NCBI GenBank assembly: GCA_024679065.1 | Contig: JAGIQG010000040.1 | Location: 7,564,001-7,628,000, forward strand | Direction of reading: 5' to 3' | DNA: 64,000 nucleotides | Origin: Sphyrna mokarran | Taxonomy: Eukaryota | Shown: piece by piece, positions 1-12,216 of the stretch | How the letters are laid out: each line of letters starts with the position of its first letter | Numbering within the stretch: position 1 is the stretch's first letter | The notes under the pieces: generated by a model | Databases searched by the model: none | The model's input: only the letters and a program-made list of their open reading frames with translations | Told to the model about the DNA's origin: nothing | Translations under genes and position numbers: made by a program

Positions 1-202
1 AAATGTGCAGTAACAAGTATACTCAATGCGTCAAAGATTTAATTATTCACCCCGAAGCAATAAACAAAGAGCCGTCTGCTGACTTCATTCCCACTTTAAA
101 TGGAACTCCACTGTTGGCCCTGAAATCACTAGTTTCGAATTCCGCTGCTGCTCCATACACGATTGCACACAAATTGCTGATCAACAATACTCCAACAGAC
201 CC

Positions 203-720
203 CAGTTCTGGTCGCCTCATTATAGGAAGGATGGAGAAGCTATTGAGAGAGTCCAGAGGAGATTTACAAGGATGCTGCCTGGATTGGGAGGCAGGCCTTA
301 TGAAGATAGGTTGAGGGAGCTGGGACTCTTCTCACTGGAGCGACGCAGGTTGAGAGGCGACCTGATAGAGGTTTCTAAAATGTTGAGAGGGATAGATAGG
401 GTGGACTCTCAGAGACTATTTCCCCGAGCTGAAATGGTCACTACGAGAGGACACAGATTTAAAGTGCAGGGAAGCAAATACAAAGGAGATGTCAGAGGTA
501 GGTTTTTCACTCAGAGGATTGTGAGTGAATGGAACCGACTGCCGTCGGAGGTTGTTGAGGAAAACTCACTGGGGTCTTTTAAGAGACTTCTGGATGAGTA
601 TATGGAAATGAGTAGGATAGGGGGTTATAGATAGGTCTGTAGATTGGTCGATGTGATCGGCGCAACTCGTGGGCCGAAGGGCCTGTTTTTATGCTGTATT
701 GTTCTATGTTCTATGTTCTA
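203..720 (+). mobile_element. CR1 LINE, 5'-truncated 3' fragment (family 1)
   Basis: ORF2 C-terminus (MLPGLGGRPYEDRLRELGLFSLERRRLRGDLIE), 3' UTR GGGCCGAAGGGCCT hairpin and (GTTCTAT)n tail at about 701-720. Confidence 0.9.
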
Positions 721-1647
721 ACGTATGTCTGCAAGATTTGATTCCATTTAGATAAAAAAAACAGCTGAATTGCAGTGAAATGAGCTCTGTGTGCAATGGG
801 CCGTAAACAAATCTCTAGGCGGTTTTGCATTTCATCCAAGTGACTTTGCACTGAAGTTCACAGAATAACTGTTCAAACAATTCCTGGAAACTCGAATACT
901 TTCCGTACAATGTTTATCGTGTTCGAAATTGAAAAATATATCAAAACAATATTACATAAGAGGTGGATAATAAAAGCTTCTCAATGTATAACAGTGTCCC
1001 TATATGTCAGCGACCTTTCACCCTACTCAAGAAGAGCAATTTAATCCCCAATCGGTCCTTCAGTAGCTCACAGTTACATGTCCATCGTTAATGTCGAAAA
1101 TCCAATGAGCAAAACATTTGAAGACAACATGTTTGCATTAATTTAACAGGCATTGTTTTAGCATTTTGAGTGGTGCTTTTCTAGCGACATGAAATTCGCC
1201 GTCAACATTTTATGTAATTAACGCTGTTTGCATGAAACTTGCCTTACCCGATCCTTGTATTAATTCCATGAATTACAATCACTCTATATCAATGACATCC
1301 GCAACACCTCAGTAATGACAACTTTGCCGATCTAGTTCCGTTCTAAAGGTATAAGCTTCACAATCTGTTCAAATGATTATCTTGAATTATCTATGTCAGT
1401 TATGTTGCATATTTGAATGCAGCGGTGTACAAAGATAAGTTACGTGTCCAAATTCATTTACATTTTCTCCCCTAAACAACACTAAACAAATATTCTAATT
1501 TAAAATATAGTAAATTGCTAGCTCATCTGAGTGACCATAACAAACTGATTCGAACATCGCTTTACGCAATTCATACCATGTCTTCGAAAAAAATAATCAT
1601 TAACAATCTTGTGCGGATAACACAATTTCATTTTTTCTGTTTGTGAA

Positions 1648-2092
1648 GTAGCTTGGTATGGCTTCTGCTCTGTTCAAGACCGCAAGAAACTGCAAAAAGT
1701 CGTGAATGTGGCCCAATCCATCACTTAAACCAACTTCCCATCCTTTGACTCTAACCACAATTCCCGCTGCCTCCGCAAAGCAACCAGCATAATTAACAAC
1801 CGCACACACAGGAAGCATACTCTCTTCCGCCTTCTTCCGTCGGGAAAAAGAGACAGAAATCTGAAGTCATGTTCCAACCGACTCAAGAACAGTTTCTTTC
1901 CTGTTGAATGGATCTACTTTATATTCAGATGATCTTTGACTGCATCCGATCTATGGCTGTTACACTACATTCTACACTCTCTCGTTTCCTTGTCTATCAA
2001 CTGTATGTTTTGTTTGTATAGCGCACAAGAAACAAAACTTGTCACTGTATATTAATACACGTGACAATAAAAAAAAGATCAATCAAATCAAA
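1648..2092 (+). mobile_element. Rex1/Babar-like LINE 3' fragment
   Basis: Homologous to 34625-35488 and 53686-54060; ends GTGACAATAAA...(ATCAA)n. Confidence 0.65.
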
Positions 2093-2119
2093 TAAAACGT
2101 AAAAAAAAAGCTCAATTAC

Positions 2120-2452
2120 CAGTAATCACCGTCAACTCAGTGCCACCTCCGAAGTATTCCTTGGTTATAAGCCATGATGTTGTATATGGTCTGCAGTAAA
2201 ACGTGCCACTGTCTTCAACTTGTAGATTATAGATACGCAGTGAAAATGCTTTTTCTTCTGCGTCGATTGATTCCTCATAGCGCCCGCCAATCGATATGTC
2301 TTCCTGCGATTCTGAGTCAGGTGCTTTCCAAGACCAGTGGGTGGTATAGAGTGGATTGGAATTACCAGAGAAGACACAGTTGATAGTCAGTGATTCGCCA
2401 ATCATCTTCGTTGCCCTCCTTGGCGTTTGTTGCACTCTTATGCAGAAAGTGT
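2120..2452 (-). CDS. Germline-joined V(D)J exon of an IgNAR/NAR-TCR-type (VNAR-like) variable domain
   Basis: Acceptor ttttttttgtccctcAG ends at 2453; encodes (N)TFC-IRVQQTPRRATKMIGESLTINC22...W36...GGRYEESIDAEEKAFSLRIYNLQVEDSGTFYC83-RPYTTSWLITKEY-FGGGTELTVIT; phase-1 donor G|GTAATT at 2119. C22/W36/C83 spacing matches VNAR (CDR2-deleted V domain). Confidence 0.9.
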
Positions 2453-2576
2453 CTGAGGGACAAAAAAAAATATTTCGAACCAATATTAAGAGCAACCTAA
2501 TTTCAATAATGCAGAACAAGGCTGAATATTTTCTTTATGAAACTAGCATTAAATCTCTATAATTAACCACACTTAC

Positions 2577-2619
2577 TTGATAACAGGGCTAAAAAGATTG
2601 AACTCCAGAAGGTATTCAT
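2577..2619 (-). CDS. Leader (signal peptide) exon of the VNAR-like gene
   Basis: ATG at 2619, MNTFWSSIFLALLS + 1 nt, donor GTAAGT at 2576; splices in frame across a 124-nt intron to give MNTFWSSIFLALLSNTFC, similar to IgNAR leaders (MNIFLLSVLLALLPxVFT). Confidence 0.88.
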
Positions 2620-2698
2620 TTTTACTTCAATGAGCAAAAGGTTGACGCAGTGAGAACCGGACCATAAAACTGCATGTTCTGTGGAACTAAGGACCCAC

Positions 2699-2752
2699 CT
2701 TATACATCTTGAAGACTGACCTAATTTGCGTAGGACGGACTGAGGGGCCAAT
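2699..2752 (-). promoter_or_regulatory. Putative core promoter of the VNAR-like gene
   Basis: TATAAG at 2704-2699 (80 nt upstream of ATG), octamer-like ACGCAAAT at 2731-2724 (1 mismatch to ATGCAAAT), CCAAT at 2748-2752. Confidence 0.45.
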
Positions 2753-3029
2753 CACTTTGTGGTATGCTAATGTTGCGCTTCATGTCAATATTGACTTGTA
2801 GGTATCCGCACCAAATTAATCTAATATTGATGGAAATAGCAAGCAAGCATCTTGCGAATCCTATTGGGTTTCTGTCCATTGGGCTGATTTGATTTGGATA
2901 TGTTTCTATTTTGTTACTTTCCCGATGTTTTAACCTTGCAACCGGGCTTGTGTACAAGATTGTCACAGCAGATAGATGAAAAAGCGTTAATTCAATAATT
3001 ATTGTGGAGCATTGTAATTGCAACTTCTA

Positions 3030-3290
3030 TTAGTAGGTGGAAGTCTCCCACGGGATTCTGTTTCGAGGAAATCTTTGGAATTCCCTGCCCAGTGAAGCAG
3101 TTGAGGCTACATCATCTTTTCTGAAGGCAAAGTAAGGCTTATTTTTGAACAGAAAGGCAGTAAAGTTCATGGTGACCGGGCGGGTAAGTGGAGCTGAGTC
3201 CATGAAAAGATCAGCCATGATCTTTTTGAATGGTGGAGCCGGCTCGAGGGGCCAAATGGCCTATTCCTGCTCCTGGGTCTGATGTTCTTA
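3030..3290 (+). mobile_element. Old CR1 LINE 3' end fragment
   Basis: TGGAATTCCCTGCCC (WNSLP-like) and GGGCCAAATGGCCTATTCCTGCTCCT tail. Confidence 0.55.
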
Positions 3291-3864
3291 CTTAAAACTC
3301 CGTTTCACTGCGGATAGCAATAATTGTAATCTGAGGCTAAAGCGAATACAGCCAACATTTGAGCAGCATAAAAATGGCAATGAGATATAATGAAATGTTC
3401 AGACCATTAATGGGAAATTGATAAAATGGAGCAACGAGTTTGACATTGTAAACGGAAGTCAATATTATATATGCGATTTGAATGAGTTTTGTAAAGTGAA
3501 GTAATTATTGTCCTAGAAATGGATGTGGGTAGGACGCCGAGAGTAAAAAAACTGAGTTAAAGATACAGGTTCACAAAACATGACATGTTGGTAAATCTAT
3601 AAAAAGGCATGCAAGAAATTGCATCAAACCTGACACAAAACATAAAAGTGAAAGATAATCTTAGCTCTACAGAAAATCTGCCTAAGATTCCACTTCTGTG
3701 AGCAGCATTCTACTTCATCCTTCATTGTCAAAAATGCATCTTCATAGTTTGCACAGCACAGTTTCACCATCTAACATGAGGAAATGTAATGTTCGAAATA
3801 AAATTTGAACAGTCAGCATCTGTTTTTATAAAAATTTGATTATATATAAGGAAATAAAAAGGAA

Positions 3865-4420
3865 TGGGAAGGCCATTCAGCCTTCGAGTTTGTTCATTCA
3901 TTTTGATCACGGTTGATCATCAAATTCAATATCTTATTTCCGCCTTCCCACAATATCCCTGGATACATTTAGCCCCATGAGCTATATTTAATTTCTTCTT
4001 GAAATCAAACATTTTCGCGTGACCTACTTTCTATGGTAACGATTTCCTCAGATTCACCAATCTCTAGGTGAAGAAATTTCTCCTCAACTTATTTCCAAAA
4101 GTTTCACCAGTATCCTCAAACTATGACCCGTAGTTTTGCACTCCCCCACCGCACCCCCCCACCCAAATCCTCCCCCCCCCACCAGTATTGGGAACGTTCT
4201 TTTAGAATCTACTCTGTCTAAATCAGTTAGAATTTTATAAGGTTCAATTAGATCCCATCTCACACTTCTAACCTCTAATGGATGTAATCCTAACCGACTT
4301 ATTAGCTCCTCATATGACAGGCTTGTTATCCCAGGAAGCAAGCTTGTAAAATATCACTGCACTCCCTCTATAGCAAGGACATCTTTTCTCAGAAAAGGAC
4401 ACTAAAACTGCACAAGGCCC
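3865..4420 (-). mobile_element. Old CR1 LINE 3' fragment
   Basis: Degenerate MLPGITSLSYEE...RWDLIEPYKILTDLDRVD. Confidence 0.65.
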
Positions 4421-5804
4421 ATACTGGAGGCGAGTTTAACATCAAGCAGAGTTGAGGAAGAATAGTTTAAAATGAACAGCTTCTAGTAACTGAGGGATCA
4501 GGAAAACAGGGTCCATTCACCTACTATCAAGTGTAATAAATTTATAACAGATGACAATAGAAATATTGTCACTAGGAGGGTTTTGGGGCCATGGAAATAT
4601 TTCCCAGATATAACTTTTTATATCCTGACCTTTCATTAGAGTTGTCCTATTGGAAATTCACAACATAAAACATTAACTATATGTCCAGTTTCACAGATAC
4701 GGTCGGAGCTGCTGAGATTTCCAGAATATTCTGGTGTTTTTTTATCTATTCGTTTCAAATTTCAAACAGCTATGTTATATTACATATGGGAAAAAAATAA
4801 GAATAGCATAGAACCACTAGAACAGATTCATATTAAACTATATATATTCCTCCGGTTTGAGAAAAATAACTTTCAATCTCTAAGTATATCACTTCGAAGA
4901 TTCTATACCCTTGTTGCACGTTTCCTTTTGATTCGCGACCTTTATTCTGGTAGAAGAACCTTTCTTTTCCTCTTCAAACTTTTTTCCAACTCAATATACA
5001 CCTCTCTCCGTTATCAGCAATTTAAAAAATATGACTAACTGGAACAATTCTTCTGCTAGCATGTTATGTCCTATTCAATCTATCAAGCATTGGAATTGAT
5101 CATTTCTATCGACTCTCTCTATATAGACTGTAGGTTTCCAAAGCAACACTTTGCCAATGAGTATTGCTAGCCACACAACTCTGCGAAGTACGATAACGCT
5201 GTTCATTACAGAAGCTGTCATGATAGAAACTCCCTGTGCGATTTCAAAGGGAAAATAGGTAGATGGCTATTCTAAAGACAAAAAGTTAAACAAGCATGGA
5301 CTATTGCTTCTACATATCCCTTAAAGCCAGTGGATTCACGGCTACGGAATCCGCTATTATTGTTATCAGCTGGGCAAAGGAATATTATATCGAGTCTTGT
5401 TCACATCAGTGAAGAAGAACACCAGAATTTTCACTGTTCGGGGAAACCAAATGTACGGCTGAGAAAATGTGCATCGTGGAATTTTGTCACTAGCAGTAAT
5501 TAAATTCATCCAGTTCATACAAAAATGGAAAAAGTCAGATCATGCTTTCTACCAAGATTTTAGCTGGGGTAATTGGTAAGTATCTGGAAGGTTTTTAACT
5601 CCTGGGGGCAGAGAAAACAGGAACTGGCAATCTGATCCTTCAAAACTGTCCCAGTATTGAATACGATCATGACTGATATATGCGAAGGCAATTTCTCCTG
5701 TCTCAGTACTAGATTGTGGACTTTTTTTAAAAAATGTAGTGAAAAAGATTGTGTGATTCGAATAGAAATGTTTGATTGAGGGCTGAAGTCAATTATGGAA
5801 TAGA

Positions 5805-6100
5805 ATCATAGAACCGATTCAGTACATAAGGAGGCCATTCGGCCTGTCAAGCCCAATCAGGTCCTATCACTGCAGGACCATATATTTAACCTCCAATCCC
5901 CTTAACATTAGTGGACAATATTGCTTGGCCAATCCACCTAACCTGCATATCTTTGGCATGTGAAAAGAAACCAGAATTCCTGGGGGAAACCCACACAGAC
6001 ACAGGAGAATGTGCAAACTCCAAAAGACTGTCACCAGAGACCAGAATTGAATCCAGGTCCCTGGCAGTGTGACGCAGCAATGCTAACCATTGTGCCACCG
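5805..6100 (-). mobile_element. tRNA-derived SINE (V-SINE/HE1-like), CR1-type tail
   Basis: A-box GGCACAATGG, B-box-like GATTCAATTC, core GGAGTTTGCACATTCTCC, tail TTCTATGATTCTAT. Confidence 0.8.
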
Positions 6101-7184
6101 TACCACGCAAAACCATCTCAGTCAATCACCTACACTTGAAGCGGGGACGTCTTGACCTGAAGTCAAATGTTCAGCCACTGAACTGTATTCTGGCATTAAA
6201 CTATAATTAAGGTTAACGAAACACAGCTGCAAACTGGCCGGAGAGGTATCTTGGATTGATGAAAGGTAGAATCTCTATGCATTTCAGAGCCAATCTCTGA
6301 AATGTTCATCCCGTAAGAAAATAGATGAAACGTGTTTAAATGCTATAAGAAATGATTGGCTTTCTAAAGAAGGGATGAATCAAAGGCACAGAATTATCTC
6401 CCTTTTGCTTCCATTTAAAAAAATGACATTAACCATGCAATTACTAACCCCACTGACAGTCACACTGAGACACCAGGCCAATTTATGCGCAGTATCACCA
6501 ATAGTCACACTGTTCTCTTCACATTTACACAAATTTTAATTTTTAATATTAACATCAAAACAAGGGAAACAAACTTTGCACTGCTAATTCTAAAAAATCA
6601 ATGTTAGCAACCCAGTAAGCTGAATCATAGAATCCTACAGTACAGAAGGAGGTCATTCGGCCCATAGAGTCTGCAACGACCACAATCCCATCTAGGCCAT
6701 ATCCCCATAACTCATGCATTTATCCTAGCTCATCCGCCTGACACTAAGGAGCAATTTAGCAGCAGTGCTAACCACTATGCCATCGTGCCGTCCGAAAGCA
6801 ATCTTGCTACAGATTTTTTCCAACTTCTCCAACATGTACGAGATCAATATGCATCCGATTTCCGTTGAGGTTCAAATTTCTTGGATACCTACTCCTACCG
6901 ATCAGTTTTCATGTTAGAACAAAGCAAAAGACCTAGTACAAACATATCCAGTATTCTTGCATCTCGCGGCAATGATGATCTTTTTGTCAAGCTACTCTGC
7001 ACCTTGGCATTCCGCTACAGGCCACCAACTTTCAATCGAACAACGACGTATGCATTAATTCAAATGGCGAGCCTTTACTAACATGTACAAATATACCTTC
7101 ATTGCTGGTTGTGACAGTAAATAATCCTGACAACCTCTGCTTTGAGAGGTGATGAGCTTTTTTTTTAAGATTAATGTGTCATTT

Positions 7185-7440
7185 ACAAATGTATCAATTC
7201 ATTAACACTAATGAAGTTGCTGCGAACATCATTTAGTTTCAGACTCCAGCACCTGGTCGCAAATACAGGAGGACAATTTAGCACGGCCAATGCACTGAGC
7301 TCACATATCTTTTGGACTAGGGAGAAAACTGGAGCAGCCGGTCCCAAGTAGACACTTGCAAACTCCACACAGACAGGGAGCCAATCCGGGAATCGAATGC
7401 AGGTCTTGGCGCTCTGAGGCAACAAAGGTAATCATTGTGC
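7185..7440 (-). mobile_element. tRNA-derived SINE, second tail type
   Basis: Core GTCTGTGTGGAGTTTGC; tail AACTTCATT...GTGTTAATG. Confidence 0.7.
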
Positions 7441-8021
7441 TGTGAAGAAAGGCGCTACATTAAAGTTAGTTATGTGTTTCTAATTGGCATTCATTTCTAA
7501 ATCCATGCACGCTGATAGATAATAAATGTATTTTTAAAATATAACACTATTCAAAACTCAGTTTGTAAATACCATGGACACAGGTTAAGATTGCATGATA
7601 TTTGATAATTATATACCACCTGGAGTTCAGCCAATCAACGTTGCCAGTGTTCACCGCAACACACGGCTGGGGTTCACCCCGCAGTCACTTTTAGCCTAAC
7701 GTTTCTCTATCAGAAGGGAACTGAAAAAGGATCTGAAAGTAAAGTGCCAGCAATGCTGGAAAACTAAAATAATAAAAGAAAATGCCGCAAGAGCTGCGCA
7801 GGTCCCTGAGCATCTGTGGGAAACAGGGTTTCACTTTAAGGCAAATTTGAACATTTATTTGACTATTACCTGCGTCACTGAGAAGATGTCATATGACAGA
7901 AGGGTTTTTTTTCTGTAAATGTATACTCTTGTGTGAATAGGTGGCGCCCGTGGCGGGGAAGAATACCCAGCGATTATCATCACTGTGATCTTGAAGCAAA
8001 TTGCTGATATTTATTTCTCAT

Positions 8022-8158
8022 CTGTATTACAGTGGCAGAAAGGACATTTGATGTGGACCTGTCTATTGAGGTAGTTTGGGCTGAAATTGTTGGTCGGTGC
8101 AACATTGAAGGCCGAACGGCCTGTTCTGCGCTGTAATGTTCTATGTTCTATGTTCTAT
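8022..8158 (+). mobile_element. Internally deleted mini-CR1 (endonuclease segment fused to 3' tail)
   Basis: 8022-8088 matches ORF2 EN region (cf. 29740-29806); 8090-8158 matches 3' UTR and (GTTCTAT)n. Confidence 0.75.
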
Positions 8159-9564
8159 CTGGTTTCAGTCCAACACACCAAAACGCAACCTCCACATTGC
8201 ATTAATGTCTGAAGCTATAGGCCATCTGGTTCACTGTTGATTTCACCTTTGATCATTGACCATGTCTTGCCTTAAAATGAAATCAAATGTTGTATGGACA
8301 ACACAGCAACATGAGTGACTGAGGCTGTCTGCACACAGAATTGTCTGAAAAATATTTTTGTGCTCCATATTTAAATGTTTGTCCATAATTTAAATCATAT
8401 TTGGCTGTGTTTCAAGATCTGTATTTCATACATCATTTGCATATGCATAGTAACCCGACAATGCAGAAGGAGACCATTCGGACGATCGAGTTTGCAACGA
8501 CAATAATCCCACCCAGATAGGATTGTAACCCCGCATATTTACCCTGCCAGCCATTGACACTATGTTCATTTTAACATGGCCAATCAACCTAATATAATTT
8601 ATTCCATTTTACTGATTTGTGATAACCCTGACTTAGCGCATCGCTGGGCCTAAAATCTCCGAATGCGGAGTGTCCACCAATTCTTTCGCCACACTCACTG
8701 GATTGTTTGCATCTGTACATTTGTCACATCAAACCTACCAAAAAGAATCCGATTGATGTCAACAATATGTTTCTGATTTATAACCAATCTTTTCTCCATG
8801 TCAACATAATATTCATTCAACCACGAACTTTCATTTCCTGCAGCAATATTTGATGTTGTGACTGAGCAAATGTCTTCTGTCTTCCGCGCATATGTTACAT
8901 TCATCAGTTCACTTTATCCAAAGCATATGTGACCCATGGAAATAATTCTGATAATTGCATTAAACATGATTTTCATTTGACAAAAAATGTTAATTCTGCA
9001 TAATTGACTTGTTTTTTTCCCCTTTATGCCAAGCTCTGCCATATTTGACGGTGGCTTTTTTTCTTGCCCTCTGACGGATGATAGGCTAGTTGGCCTGTCC
9101 CACTCTACGTTCAGTGCTGCTGCATTTTGTAGATTTTTTTTTTTGCTATTTTCCAAACTAATTGAACATTCCAGGAAATTTTGGAAATTTCACATCATTT
9201 CATCGGCCATCTCACCGGCCAATTATATCAAGCCATTCGATTGAAGTTTGTGAGGTTACGAATATCTTTCAGGCAGCTTGCTAACAATTTTCTCAATACC
9301 ATTACTTGGCTGATAGAAATTTTCTCCTGTTCCTCCCTGTCTTCCATTTCCTGATTGGCAGCTACTAGTGAGACCTGAGATGCTACTGGTGTCCTCTATC
9401 ATCAAGACAGCGAAATTGCCGGTTCTTTATTGTAGGCTCCCAAATAGTTAGTGAGAAATTGAAGAGCAAATATATGCGTATTTCGCAAAGGCAAGTAAAA
9501 TTAGCAAGAGGGTAATTACATTGGCGATTTCAAGTTTCCCAAAATTAGTTGGGATAGCCATCAT

Positions 9565-10515
9565 AGAGTCATAGAGGTTTTACAGCATGGAGTCAGGCCT
9601 TTCGGCCCAACTTGCCCATGTCACCCTTTTTAAACCCCTAAACTAATTCCAATTGCCCGTATTTGGCCCATATCCCTCTACACCCAACATACCTATGTAA
9701 CTGTCCAAACGCTTTTTAAAAGACAAAATTTTACCCGCCTCTACTAACACCGTAGGCAGCTTGTTCCAGACACTCACCACCTCTATGTGAAAAAAATTGC
9801 CTCTCTGGACATTTTTATATCTCTCCCCTCGCACCTTAAACTTACGCCCTCTAGTTTTTGACTCCCCTTTTAGGAAAAGATATTGACTATCTACCTTATC
9901 TATGTCTCTCATCATTTTATAGATCTCTATAAAATCACCCCTCAACCTTCTATGCTCCAGAGAAAGAAGTCCCAGTTTATCCTTATAACTCAATCCATCA
10001 AGTCCTGGTAACATCCTAGCAAATTTTTCTGCACTCTTTCTAGTTTAATAATATTTTTTCTGTAATAGTGTGATCAGAATTACACGTAATATTTCAAGTG
10101 TGGTCTTACCAATGGCTTATATAATTTTAACAAGACGTCCCAACTCCTGTATTTAATGTTCTGACCGATGAAACCAAGCATGCCGAATGCCTTCTTCACC
10201 ACTCTGTCCGCCGTTGACTCCATTTTCAAGGAGCAATGAACATGTACATCTAGATCTTTTTGTTCTGTAACTTTCCCCAGCGCACGGCCATTAACGGAGT
10301 AAACCCTGCCCTGGTTCAGTATACCAAAATGCATTCCCTCACATTTGTCTAAATTAAACTCCATCTGCCATTTGTCAGCCCACTGGCGCAATTGATCAAG
10401 ATCCAGCTGCAATTGGAGATAACCTTCCTCAATGTCCAACATGTCATCAATCTTGATATAATCTGCAAACTTACTAAGCATATCCCCTATATTCTCATCC
10501 AAATTATTAATATAA
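9565..10515 (-). mobile_element. Older CR1 LINE, RT and C-terminal fragment
   Basis: ORFs 10080-10502 (SKFADY...WQMEFNLDKC) and 9643-10014 (SLEHRRLRGDFIE). Confidence 0.85.
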
Positions 10516-11162
10516 ATACAATGTTCAGGGCATTGATAGAGTAGAATGTTTTAGAATCTATACAGGAAAACTTTTTAGGTCAATGTGTAGAGGTTGCAAC
10601 AAGGGATGGTTGCAGAGGTGGACCTAATTCTGAAAATGAAGTCAGACAGATAGTTGAAGTGTGGGAGCATTTTGGTGATAGAGACCATAACATGGTTCAA
10701 TTCAAATTTATTATTGACAAAGAAATAGACAAGTTACAAGAAAAGATTTCAGATTGATAGAGAATAGATTTTAACGAAACGAGGCAGGATCTGGCCAAGG
10801 TAGACTGGAATGAATTATTTGCGGGGAAACCCACGGGAGAGCAGTGATGGGCTTTCAAAAATGAAATGGAAGGGTACAAACCCAACATATTTCCTCTGGG
10901 TTATTGGAAAGTGTAACAAACCCAGAGAACCATGGATTACCAGAGATCTTCAGGATAAAATGAGAACAAAAAGTGAAGTCTTTAAGAAGTATAACGGGGT
11001 TACATCTGCTACGAAGGCATTAGTGGCAATCAGAAAGTGCGGGACAGAGCTTAAAGAAATCAATCAAGAGAGCAAAAGAGTGATATGAGAAATTGCTGTC
11101 TGGGAAAAGTGGGCAAAATCGTAGATATTCTACAAGTGCATCAACTGGAAGAGAATGAGCAA

Positions 11163-12216
11163 ATAGAACATAGAACATTACAGCGCAGAACAGGCCCTTC
11201 AGCCTTCGATGTTGTGCCGACCAATTAGGAAAAAGCAATGACCCTCCAACCTAAACCATTCACTTTTCGTCCATAAACTTATCCACTAACCTCTTAAACA
11301 CCACCAAACTTGGCGCATCTACAACTGCCGCAGGCAGGGCATTCCACTCCCTAACCACCCTCTGGGTAAAGAACCTACTTCTGATATCCGTCCTATAACT
11401 ATCACCCCTTAATTTAAAGCTGTGTCCCCTCGTGCTAGCTTTCTCCATCCTAGGAAAAAGGCTATCACTGTCCACCCTATCTAAACCTCTAATCATCTTA
11501 TATGTTTCAATAAGGTCTCCTCTTAGCCGCCTTCTTTCTAACGAAAACAACCTCAAATCCCTCAGCCTCTCTTCATAAGACCTGCTTTCCATACCAGGCA
11601 ACATCCTGGTAAACCTCCTCTGTACCCTCTCCAATGCCTCCACATCTTTCTTATAATGTGGGGACCAGAACTGCACACAATACTCCAAGTGCGGCCGCAC
11701 TAGAGTTTTGTACAGTTGCAACATGACGTTGCGGCTCCGAAATTCAATCCCCCTACCAATAAAAGCTAAGACTCCATATGCCTTCTTAACAACCTTATCG
11801 ACTTGATTGCCAACTTTCAGGGATCTATGCACATATACACCAAGATCCCTCTGTTCTTCAACACTATTAAGAGTCCTACCATTAGCCCTATACTCTACAC
11901 ATTTGTTATTCCTGCCAAAGTGAATTACCTCACACTTTTCCGCATTAAACTCCATTTGCCACCTCTCGGCCCAGCTCTGCAACTTGTCCAAGTCTCTCTG
12001 CAAACTATAACTATAACACTCCTCTTCACTATCTACCACTCCTCCGACTTTGGTGTCATCCACAAATTTACTAATCCATCCTTCAATACCCTCATCCAGA
12101 TCATTTATAAAAATTACAAACAGCAGGGGCCCCAAAACAGATCCCTGAGGTACACAACTTCTAACCGAACTCCACGATGAATAACTTCCATCAACCACCA
12201 CCCTCTGTCTTCTATC
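11163..12216 (-). mobile_element. Young CR1 LINE (family 2), 5'-truncated
   Basis: 313-aa ORF with VPQGSVLGP and FVDD (catalytic FADD altered); (ATAGAAC)n tail at 11163. Confidence 0.92.

Noticed and set aside
1247-1342. Possible minus-strand exon downstream of the VJ exon (AG...GTAAG)
   Set aside because: Stops in all three frames, including the phase-1 frame required by the VJ donor; no Ig constant or TM motif.
6460-6535. Two CACACTG heptamer-like motifs suggesting D/J RSS
   Set aside because: No acceptable nonamer at 12 or 23 nt spacing and no J motif.
6810-7137. Possible decayed V exon on the minus strand (GCQDYLLSQP...)
   Set aside because: No correctly spaced Cys/Trp or DxGxYxC motif; multiple stops; similarity is at chance level.
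7901-7987. GGTTTTT tract and CACTGTG as a possible RSS
   Set aside because: Spacing incompatible with the 12/23 rule; no adjacent coding segment.
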